A stretch of DNA of 32,000 nt from an uncultured Candidatus Saccharibacteria bacterium (lineage in GTDB: Bacteria; Patescibacteriota; UBA1384; XYA2-FULL-43-10; 1-14-0-10-43-13): the NCBI GenBank assembly GCA_964543385.1, contig CAZIYE010000001.1, positions 60,001 through 92,000 of the forward strand, given 5' to 3'. The translations under genes and the position numbers were made by a program. Position 1 is the stretch's first letter; each line of letters begins with the position of its first letter. The notes beneath the pieces are model-generated. The model ran no database searches. It saw only the letters and a list, made by a program, of their open reading frames with translations, and was not told the origin of the DNA. Shown piece by piece: positions 25,305 through 32,000 of this stretch.

Positions 25305-26086
25305 CCAAACTTATTTGCCTAAATATTGGGATAAAAATTGACAATGCCAATGCAGTGGTTAATTTTCTTGCCGAACAAGATGCTGATATTGTCTGTCTGC
25401 AGGAAGTAGCAAATCCCATAGAAAACTCCGTAAAAAATATTTTCAGATCAAAAGAAATCATCAAAAAAGCACTGGGTAAGACATACCCATACCGATATTT
25501 TTCTCCACTTTGGCAATCTAGAGGATTCACCAGCCTGGATTTTGGCGGCTTCATCGAACAAGGCAATTATATTTTGTCTAAGTTACCGATTAATAAAGCA
25601 GAGACAGCATTCTTCCACAAGGAATATAAAAAAGTCTCTGATTGGAAAGAGATGAATTTCTATACAGAAGATCATGGTAGAGCATTGCAAACCGTCGAAT
25701 TGGACTGCAACGGCAAGAAATTATGCATAATGAATATCCACGGCATTTGGACCGCTGACAAGATAGGGGATAGTAGGACAATTGCCGAAATTAATTTTAT
25801 CTTGAATAAATGCAGTGACAACGATACGCCCACGATAGTAGCCGGTGATTTTAATTTATTACCAGAGACAGACTCAATAAAATTGATCGACAATAAAATG
25901 ACAAACTTGATTTCACAGAATGAAATTCAGACAACACGACCGGAGTTTAAAAACAGCATGGAAGAGGGTAACAATATCGTCGATTATGTTTTTATCAATA
26001 ATAAAATTCAATCTAGTAAATTTGAAGTCCCAAATATTGCAATCAGCGACCATTTGCCGCTAATCTTGGAATTCGAACTTAATTAA
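25301..26086 (+). CDS. Endonuclease/exonuclease/phosphatase (EEP) family protein
   Basis: DIVCLQEV, NIHG, AGDFN and SDHLPL motifs. Confidence 0.8.
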   Translation: MTKLICLNIGIKIDNANAVVNFLAEQDADIVCLQEVANPIENSVKNIFRSKEIIKKALGKTYPYRYFSPLWQSRGFTSLDFGGFIEQGNYILSKLPINKAETAFFHKEYKKVSDWKEMNFYTEDHGRALQTVELDCNGKKLCIMNIHGIWTADKIGDSRTIAEINFILNKCSDNDTPTIVAGDFNLLPETDSIKLIDNKMTNLISQNEIQTTRPEFKNSMEEGNNIVDYVFINNKIQSSKFEVPNIAISDHLPLILEFELN

Positions 26087-26133
26087 TATTTCTCTCGGGC
26101 CCAATCAGGTATTTGCCGGGATCTTTTTTATTT

Positions 26134-26196
26134 CCATTGCAAGATTCCTGCTTTCCTGCCTTCCGGCAGGCATGGCGCAGGAATGACAGTAAATGG
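26134..26196. other. Nested GC-rich extended hairpin at the left edge of islet C
   Basis: CCATT..ATTCCTGC..CCTGCC-ttcc-GGCAGG..GCAGGAAT..AATGG. On the minus strand the apical loop is a GGAA (GNRA) tetraloop. Confidence 0.6.
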
Positions 26197-26285
26197 TTAC
26201 GAAAGTTAATGTTTATCAAATACGATTATTGTGTTATAAGAAGATAACTCCGCGAGCAGCAAAATTTTAGTAAAGGAGCAAGGCG

Positions 26286-26552
26286 ATGGCTGTCAAACAG
26301 AATGCAGTCAAATTGCCCAATGGCAAAAATGCGATTGTTTTTCCAACAACTGCATCCGTACTTTTCCATGATGCCGTCCAACTGGCGGAGAACATCGACT
26401 TCCTCCTCTCGGGTCAATTCTCTGGTCAAGAACTGATTCTGGCCACCATTGTGAAACAGCCAGAACAGGATCTATCCAGTAAGACCCATGCCGGCGAGGC
26501 CGTACTGGTGTTTACACCGAAGCCCGTGCCAATCCCGCCGTCCAGCGAATAA
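26286..26552 (+). CDS. Hypothetical 88-aa protein with a Pro-rich tail (islet C)
   Basis: AAGGAG lies 7 nt upstream of the ATG. GC3 is high compared with neighbouring genes. I recognise no family. Confidence 0.5.
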   Translation: MAVKQNAVKLPNGKNAIVFPTTASVLFHDAVQLAENIDFLLSGQFSGQELILATIVKQPEQDLSSKTHAGEAVLVFTPKPVPIPPSSE

Positions 26553-26578
26553 ATCCGCTCTCGACGTCAGGAATTCTC

Positions 26579-26604
26579 TCCAGGCCCACCCCCATGGGCC
26601 TGGA
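26579..26604 (+). terminator. GC-rich hairpin after the islet C ORF (no T-tract)
   Basis: TCCAGGCCCA-ccccca-TGGGCCTGGA. Confidence 0.4.
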
Positions 26605-26615
26605 AGAAACTAACA

Positions 26616-26650
26616 ATTATCTAGATAATATTAGTAAGCAATGCTAAAAT
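26616..26650 (+). promoter_or_regulatory. 14-bp perfect palindrome overlapping a promoter predicted to give a leaderless mRNA
   Basis: ATTATCTAGATAAT (26616-26629). Within it TAGATA (26622-26627) - 17 nt - TAAAAT (26645-26650). The ATG at 26657 is 7 nt after the -10. Confidence 0.4.
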
Positions 26651-26656
26651 TTGATT

Positions 26657-26929
26657 ATGCAAGAAACAATAGATTTATTAAAAAAAGAAATAGCAGAAAT
26701 AAAACTTCGCAACAATAACGTTGAGGCAGATAAGGCTTGGGAGACCAGCATCACACGCCGGCTTCTTTTGATAATTTTTACATACTTAGCAATCAGTCTT
26801 TATCTTCAGGCTATTGAAGTTGATAGGCCATGGCTAAATGCTATCGTGCCAGCAGTTGGCTTTCTACTGTCGACACTTACTTTATCTTTCTTTAAAAAAC
26901 TTTGGTTAAAATGCTGCTATAAAAAATAG
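26657..26929 (+). CDS. Small two-TM membrane protein
   Basis: N-terminal coiled segment followed by KAWETSITRR and two hydrophobic segments. I prefer the ATG at 26657 to the TTG at 26651. Confidence 0.6.
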   Translation: MQETIDLLKKEIAEIKLRNNNVEADKAWETSITRRLLLIIFTYLAISLYLQAIEVDRPWLNAIVPAVGFLLSTLTLSFFKKLWLKCCYKK

Positions 26930-26974
26930 CTCCGTTTTGATAAGATAATTGCATCAATATTTAGGATAACGAAG

Positions 26975-27754
26975 ATGCTAAACGAAAAAGATCTCGAAAA
27001 AATATTTGCTAATAAGAAAAAAGATTCCCAGATTGCCGACATCATTGCAAGTATTATTTGGAAAGTTGTTTCTTTTGCTGGAATAGTCTGTATTTGCTAT
27101 TTGGCAATTAATTTTTATGGTTTTAAAGACAAAGTGCAATATTGGTACAAAAACGATTTCAAGGCAGAGCCAGCAATTGATAGGGCAGAGCCAGCAGTAA
27201 GTCAGTTGGTATCGATAATTGAAAAGAAGCAAGAACCAGCTAAACGTGAAATCCAGCCAGATATGGCAGAAAACTCGATTAAGATTCCGACTATAAACGT
27301 CAACGCACCGATCAGCTGGAGAGTAAATAATTTGCCCAAGGAAGTAAGCCAGGGTCTTAGCAATGGAGTAATCCAAGTAAATGGCACGGCACTTCCTGGA
27401 GAGAAGGGAAATATCTATATCACTGGCCATAGTTCAAATTATGTTTGGGTTAAACAAAAATATAATTCAATATTTTCAAATATTAGCAAACTAGTTGTCG
27501 GAGACATGGTTTATGTCAAATTTGGCAAAGAAGTTTATGTCTATAAGGTTTATGACCAGAAAATTGTAGCATCTAATGATCTCTCAATTCTCGATCCTAC
27601 CAATGAATCTCGGTTGACCCTTGCAACCTGTTGGCCGCTTGGCACATCGTTGAAGCGTATGGTCGTGCTGGCAAACCAAATATATCCAAACCCGACCAAG
27701 AATAAAGCATCAAAAGAAGTCATCCGCTTTACCAAGCTCCCAAGCGGAAGATAA
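26975..27754 (+). CDS. Sortase (membrane-anchored transpeptidase)
   Basis: N-terminal TM, the catalytic triad context NIYITGHSS, LTLATCWP and LKRMVVLA. Confidence 0.85.
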   Translation: MLNEKDLEKIFANKKKDSQIADIIASIIWKVVSFAGIVCICYLAINFYGFKDKVQYWYKNDFKAEPAIDRAEPAVSQLVSIIEKKQEPAKREIQPDMAENSIKIPTINVNAPISWRVNNLPKEVSQGLSNGVIQVNGTALPGEKGNIYITGHSSNYVWVKQKYNSIFSNISKLVVGDMVYVKFGKEVYVYKVYDQKIVASNDLSILDPTNESRLTLATCWPLGTSLKRMVVLANQIYPNPTKNKASKEVIRFTKLPSGR

Positions 27755-27770
27755 TGCTAATATCAAATAT

Positions 27771-27794
27771 AAAAGGCTCATGATGAGCCTTTTA
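27771..27794. terminator. Bidirectional terminator between convergent genes
   Basis: AAAAGGCTCA-tga-TGAGCCTTTT. Confidence 0.7.
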
Positions 27795-27836
27795 TATTTA
27801 AATTCCTGTTGGAACCATTGTAATAGAAATTATCTG

Positions 27837-28562
27837 TTACCTAATCTTGGCAATCTTATAATCACCGCTGTCTAGAAAGTATAGTTCGGAACCATCAGAA
27901 TTTATCTGAAATTTTGTTGGAGACTCACCGCTTAGGGTGGCAAGCAAGGTATCGTTTAGTCCTGTTTTTTCAATAATCCGAATTTCCCTGCCTTGTTGGT
28001 ATAAGACATGAGTATGATCAGAATACCAAATAACTTGACTTATTGGTGTTGAGAATCTTGATATGATTTTCTGCTCTACCCATATCTCAAATCCGTTTGA
28101 AAATAGTCCATTTCTATCACTTCGGCTCGCGAGTTGATCACTTGGACCATTTAAGAGAGACATCTTTCTATTATCAGTCAATTCTTCTACTACAGGATGA
28201 TCTTTGAATAGAACAACGTCCTTATAGACATTGACCGATTTTGAATCAATATTTAGATCAATCTGCCAGGTTTTATATGTGTTTTTCGAGATTTTGAAGG
28301 AATATCTGGCAGGTCGAAGGTTTTTAGCAAATGTTTTACCAACCTGAATTTTTTTATCGTTGATAAAAACTTCCGAGTCTTTTGGTAGATACTCGATAGA
28401 GATCAAGCCTGTTTTGATAGTACGAAAATTTATGAAATCAAAACGATTTCCTTCGGCATAAAAGAGAACAGACAACGCCAAAAATGTTATCACTGCCCCG
28501 ACAGCTAGCTGTCCGAACAATATTTTCATAAATAATTTTGTGCGCCGATCGTTATTGACCAT
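27837..28562 (-). CDS. Membrane-anchored PEGA-domain protein
   Basis: N-terminal TM. PEGA-like segment GLISIEYLPKDSEVFINDKKIQVGKTF..YSFKISKNTYKTWQIDLNI. Confidence 0.6.
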   Translation of the reverse strand: MVNNDRRTKLFMKILFGQLAVGAVITFLALSVLFYAEGNRFDFINFRTIKTGLISIEYLPKDSEVFINDKKIQVGKTFAKNLRPARYSFKISKNTYKTWQIDLNIDSKSVNVYKDVVLFKDHPVVEELTDNRKMSLLNGPSDQLASRSDRNGLFSNGFEIWVEQKIISRFSTPISQVIWYSDHTHVLYQQGREIRIIEKTGLNDTLLATLSGESPTKFQINSDGSELYFLDSGDYKIAKIR

Positions 28563-28636
28563 AATAACAGGATTAAAGCCAGTCAGATATTCAATTATTA
28601 TATATCTGCTTAAAATTTACCGCTTGTTCTATTATA

Positions 28637-28665
28637 TTGAATATTGCGCTAATTTACCATACAAT
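28637..28665 (+). promoter_or_regulatory. Candidate murA promoter
   Basis: TTGAAT - 17 nt - TACAAT. It overlaps the TTG start proposed by the ORF track. Confidence 0.45.
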
Positions 28666-28696
28666 AAAACCACTTACAATCATCACAAGGAGTTAC

Positions 28697-29959
28697 ATGG
28701 CCAAGTTTAGAATCAAGGGAGGAAAAGAGTTAAAGGGCGAAATACTAGTTTCTGGAGCAAAAAATGCTGCTTTAAAGATTATCCCTGCTGCAATTCTAGC
28801 AGACACACCATCAACAATTTCTAATGTCCCAAATATCTTAGACATTGAGAAAATTCTTGAGATACTCAGAAGTATCAGGGCAGATATCTCCTTCGAGAAT
28901 AATACCGTCAAGATAGATCCAAGAAAGATCAACTCGACTACTCCTGACGAAAAATTGGTAAAAAAACTACGAGGATCCGTAGTGTTAGTTGGAGCTCTTC
29001 TTGCGAAATATGGTCATGCCGTATTTAGCGAACCAGGAGGTTGTCTTATTGGAGCGAGAGCAATTGATGATCATTTAGACCTATTCCGCCAATTAGGAGT
29101 CAAGATAAGGATAAGCGATGGCAAATATATACTCAAAGGCAAACCTCAGGCAGGAAAAGTTATTCTAAATAAATTAAGTGTTACAGCAACTGAAAATGCT
29201 ATTTTAGCGACTGTTTTGTCTGAAGGCACTACTCATATTCATGTAGCGGCAGCTGAGCCAGAGATTGTTGACCTTGCAAACTTCCTAAACAAAATGGGGG
29301 CAAAGGTTGAGGGCGCCGGCACTCATGATATTTTCATTACTGGCGTGAAAAAATTAGAAGGAGTATCATATCGGATACTGCCAGATAGAATAGAAGCTGG
29401 TACTTATATTATTGCCGGCGTTGCGACCAACTCCGAAATAACCGTCGGTCCACTTGTTGTTGACCATTTGGATCTAGTTTTGAAAAAACTCTCTGATTCT
29501 GGAGCAAAATATAAAGTAATAGAGAAGAATGGCCAAGAATATATCAAAACATTGAAGCACAAGAAATTGATTGCCTGTGACGTCGACACTAGACCATATC
29601 CTGGCTTTCCAACAGATTTGCAATCGCCATATGCAGTTCTAGCTACACAATGCGAGGGGACAACAAGGATTTTCGAGACTATGTTCGAGGGTAGATTTGC
29701 CTATCTCGAAGAATTAAAATTACTCAGATCTCAGGCAAGTATATTAAATCCTCATGAAATTGAAATTCATGGCACCACTAAGCTTATGGGCACTGAAATT
29801 TCTAGCAAGGATATACGTGGCGGTGCCGCTCTAGTGATTGCCGCTCTGTTATCTCAAAGAACAACTACTATTCAAGATATAGAATTTGTTGACAGAGGTT
29901 ATGAGAAAATTGACGAAAAATTAAAATCAATCGGTGCTGATATCAAGAGAGAAGAGTAA
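28697..29959 (+). CDS. murA: UDP-N-acetylglucosamine 1-carboxyvinyltransferase
   Basis: MAKFRIKGGKELKGEILVSGAKNAAL, the active-site loop KLRGS...PGGCLIGARAID, and AAGGAG 6 nt upstream of the ATG at 28697. Confidence 0.9.
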   Translation: MAKFRIKGGKELKGEILVSGAKNAALKIIPAAILADTPSTISNVPNILDIEKILEILRSIRADISFENNTVKIDPRKINSTTPDEKLVKKLRGSVVLVGALLAKYGHAVFSEPGGCLIGARAIDDHLDLFRQLGVKIRISDGKYILKGKPQAGKVILNKLSVTATENAILATVLSEGTTHIHVAAAEPEIVDLANFLNKMGAKVEGAGTHDIFITGVKKLEGVSYRILPDRIEAGTYIIAGVATNSEITVGPLVVDHLDLVLKKLSDSGAKYKVIEKNGQEYIKTLKHKKLIACDVDTRPYPGFPTDLQSPYAVLATQCEGTTRIFETMFEGRFAYLEELKLLRSQASILNPHEIEIHGTTKLMGTEISSKDIRGGAALVIAALLSQRTTTIQDIEFVDRGYEKIDEKLKSIGADIKREE

Positions 29960-29965
29960 ACATAA

Positions 29966-30979
29966 ATGCTTAGAAAAATTGCGATAGATTTAGGTACAAA
30001 TAATATTCGGGTTTATATCCCAAAAAAGGGTATAGTTATTAATGAACCAAGCGTTGTGGCACTGCAAGCCTTCGACAATAAAGTAATGGCGATTGGCGCA
30101 GAGGCAAAACAAATGATTGGACGCACTCCAGAAAGTATTATCGCTGCTGCTCCGCTCAAAGAGGGAGTGATCGCCAATTTTAGAATTGCCGAAGCAATGC
30201 TCCGTTATTATATAAATAAAGTCTCCGGAAATATTCGTCTTTTTAAACCTGAAATCATGGTCTCTATTCCTGCCGGCGTTACCTCTACGGAAAGACGTGC
30301 TGTCGTTGATGCTTGTAACTCTGCCGGTGCGAAACAAACTTATCTGATCAAGCAGCCAATAGCAGCAGCACTTGGCGCCAGCATTCCAATTGCAACACCA
30401 TCAGGCAATATGATTATAGATATTGGTGGTGGCACTAGTGAAGTTGCTGTTATTTCACTTGGAGATGTGGTCGCTTCGACATCCGTCCGTGTTGGTGGAA
30501 ATAAATTTGATGCTGCGATAGCAAACTTCATTAGGAAAAAACACAATTTAGTTATTGGCGACCAAACAGCTGAAGATATCAAAATCAAAATTGGCTCAGC
30601 CCAACCTTTAAAAAAGGAAATGAAGATGGAGGTCTCTGGCTCAAACACAATTACAGGCCTACCCGAAAGCATTATGATCAATTCCGAAGAGATCGTTCTC
30701 GCCATCAAACCACCATTAGTTGAAATAATTAACGCAGTTAAAGATGTACTTCAAAAAACTCCACCTGAGCTTGCCTCCGATGTGATGGATAAAGGAATAA
30801 TCCTAACAGGCGCCGGCTCGAAACTACGTAATATGGACACATTGTTGACAAAACTAACTGGGATTCCTTGTGAACTTGCAAATAATCCCGAAGAATGTGT
30901 CGTTAAAGGATCCGGAATAGCCATAGAAAACCTTGAGGCATTCAAGCGCTCAGTTCTTTGGACTAAGGATCAAAATTAA
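29966..30979 (+). CDS. mreB: Rod shape-determining protein MreB
   Basis: IDLGTNNIRVY, NEPSVVA, DIGGGTSEVAVISLG and LTGAGSKLRNMD are actin-fold phosphate and adenosine motifs. Confidence 0.9.
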   Translation: MLRKIAIDLGTNNIRVYIPKKGIVINEPSVVALQAFDNKVMAIGAEAKQMIGRTPESIIAAAPLKEGVIANFRIAEAMLRYYINKVSGNIRLFKPEIMVSIPAGVTSTERRAVVDACNSAGAKQTYLIKQPIAAALGASIPIATPSGNMIIDIGGGTSEVAVISLGDVVASTSVRVGGNKFDAAIANFIRKKHNLVIGDQTAEDIKIKIGSAQPLKKEMKMEVSGSNTITGLPESIMINSEEIVLAIKPPLVEIINAVKDVLQKTPPELASDVMDKGIILTGAGSKLRNMDTLLTKLTGIPCELANNPEECVVKGSGIAIENLEAFKRSVLWTKDQN

Positions 30980-30991
30980 TAGGCATTACCA

Positions 30992-32000
30992 ATGATAATA
31001 GGAATTGATGCATCAAAAGCAGCAGCAGAGAATCGCACTGGGGTAGAGAATTTTACCTATCAGATGATTCTTGGCCTAAATAAAATAAAAAAAGAAAACT
31101 TTTATTATCTCTATACAAATAAGAGCCTACCTCATGAATTACACTCTCGGGTAAACTTTTTGGAAAAAAAAACATACTTTCATAGATTTTTTAATAAAGT
31201 ATTTTTACCTCTATTATTATTGAAATATCGCCCTGACGTTTATTTCCAACCACTTTATTCGATACCAATGTTTACTCCAAAGAAATGTATCGCTGTAGTT
31301 CATGACCTTGCCTTCCAGAAATTTCCTGATGCTTATTCCGATTCAGAAATAAAAAGACAGATGTCTTCCTTAAATAACGTGGTGAAAAAATCAGAAAAAA
31401 TTGTTTGTGTCAGTCAGTCTACAAAAAATGATTTAATCGAGCTCTTTCCCGAAACGAAAGAAAAAATTGAAATTATCTATCCTTCTTATAACGAAGAAAC
31501 TTTCCACCCAATCGAAAAGCCCAAGGATCCTTTAAAAGTAGGAGATTATTTTTTCCTTTTTATTGGGCGCCTCGAAGAACGTAAAAATATAGTAAAAATA
31601 ATTGAAGCCTTTTCACTTTTGAAAGAAGAGCTCGGCCTACCTCACAAATTAGTCTTAGCAGGTAAGCCCGGCTATGGCTATGACAAGATCGCCGAAAAAA
31701 TAAAATCTCTAAAACCCGAAATTGCTAAGCAAATTATCTTGCCAGGTTTTATTAAGCAAGAAGATATGGCCGATGTTATGAGCAGTGCCACAGCATTTCT
31801 TTACCCGTCGCTTTATGAAGGTTTTGGAATTGCAGCCCTAGATGCTCTTGCTGCCGGTACACCAGTTATAACTGCAAATACTTCTGCTCTACCAGAAGCA
31901 GTTGGAGATGCTGCCATACTAGTAGCACCAGAAGACGCTAATGCCATTAAAAATGCAATGAGAGAGTTAGCAACTGACCCAGTAAAAAGGAATTCATTGA
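30992..32000 (+). CDS. Glycosyltransferase family 4 (GT-B), 3' end outside the window
   Basis: Hand translation gives MIIGIDASKAA..., FIGRLEERKN and YPSLYEGFGIAALDALAAGTPVITANTSALPEAVGDAAILV (the E-x7-E region). The frame is still open at nt 32000. Confidence 0.8.
   Translation, partial: MIIGIDASKAAAENRTGVENFTYQMILGLNKIKKENFYYLYTNKSLPHELHSRVNFLEKKTYFHRFFNKVFLPLLLLKYRPDVYFQPLYSIPMFTPKKCIAVVHDLAFQKFPDAYSDSEIKRQMSSLNNVVKKSEKIVCVSQSTKNDLIELFPETKEKIEIIYPSYNEETFHPIEKPKDPLKVGDYFFLFIGRLEERKNIVKIIEAFSLLKEELGLPHKLVLAGKPGYGYDKIAEKIKSLKPEIAKQIILPGFIKQEDMADVMSSATAFLYPSLYEGFGIAALDALAAGTPVITANTSALPEAVGDAAILVAPEDANAIKNAMRELATDPVKRNSL

Noticed and set aside
909-26396. Local similarity between the islet A 97-aa protein (FRDAVHRAEELI) and the islet C 88-aa protein (FHDAVQLAENI)
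   Set aside because: The match covers only about 11 residues, sits at non-collinear positions, and has no flanking similarity. That is too short to claim homology without a statistical search.
26226-26429. 67-aa minus-strand ORF in islet C
   Set aside because: It is antisense to the 88-aa plus-strand ORF, which has the better start context (AAGGAG-N7-ATG) and a downstream hairpin. It has no Shine-Dalgarno of its own.
27151-27200. Short tandem duplication GCAGAGCCAGCA..GCAGAGCCAGCA inside the sortase gene
   Set aside because: It simply encodes a duplicated AEPA(I/V) linker segment between the TM anchor and the catalytic domain. It is in frame and unremarkable.
28637-28696. N-terminal extension of murA from the TTG at 28637
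   Set aside because: The extension is not MurA-like and overlaps a TTGAAT-17-TACAAT promoter. The ATG at 28697 has an AAGGAG site and gives the canonical MurA N-terminus.
1-32000. CRISPR arrays, transposases, integrases, reverse transcriptases or recognisable defence genes
   Set aside because: I found no spaced direct-repeat arrays and no ORF with the corresponding catalytic motifs on either strand.
1-32000. Alternative genetic code (TGA recoding, as in some CPR lineages)
   Set aside because: Conserved proteins are full length under the standard code. TGA also ends ORFs at natural C-termini, for example 24831-25304 with its ATGA overlap.

Overview
This window looks like a low-GC (roughly 35-40% by eye), gene-dense bacterial chromosome segment. 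The gene set suggests a reduced-genome, fermentative, Patescibacteria/CPR-like organism; that assignment is inference only. The standard genetic code applies.

Ordinary content:
- A single minus-strand sugar-to-acetate operon: PGI/PMI, iPGM, an iPGM-like paralogue, ADP-forming acetyl-CoA synthetase and a 2-oxoacid:ferredoxin oxidoreductase.
- A divergent Elp3 / Trm9-like tRNA-modification pair, plus rarA, tsaC and tRNA-Leu(CAA).
- An OmpR-type two-component system followed by a secreted helical protein and a MacB/FtsX-type ABC exporter.
- A run of accessory genes: cupin, GyrI-like, MFS, HD, ITPase-like, CBM-like, EEP.
- An envelope cluster: sortase, PEGA protein, murA, mreB and a GT4 glycosyltransferase.

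I recognised no transposase, integrase, CRISPR array or known defence genes.

Observations that stand out:
1. Four short patches of clearly higher GC and GC3. Three are self-contained cassettes of orphan small, mostly membrane, proteins with their own signals and GC-rich hairpins. The fourth sits in a gene-decay zone at the left edge.
2. A pho-box-like tandem heptamer (TnnTnAG-N4-TTCTCAG) lies 10-11 nt upstream of the -10 box at three promoters. This defines a probable regulon of the local response regulator.
3. An Elp3 / Trm9-like gene pair with overlapping 5' ends, pointing to a eukaryote/archaea-style wobble-uridine pathway.
4. A paralogue of iPGM that has lost all catalytic residues and is translationally coupled to gpmI.

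All family calls come from motif recognition by eye. No database search was run.
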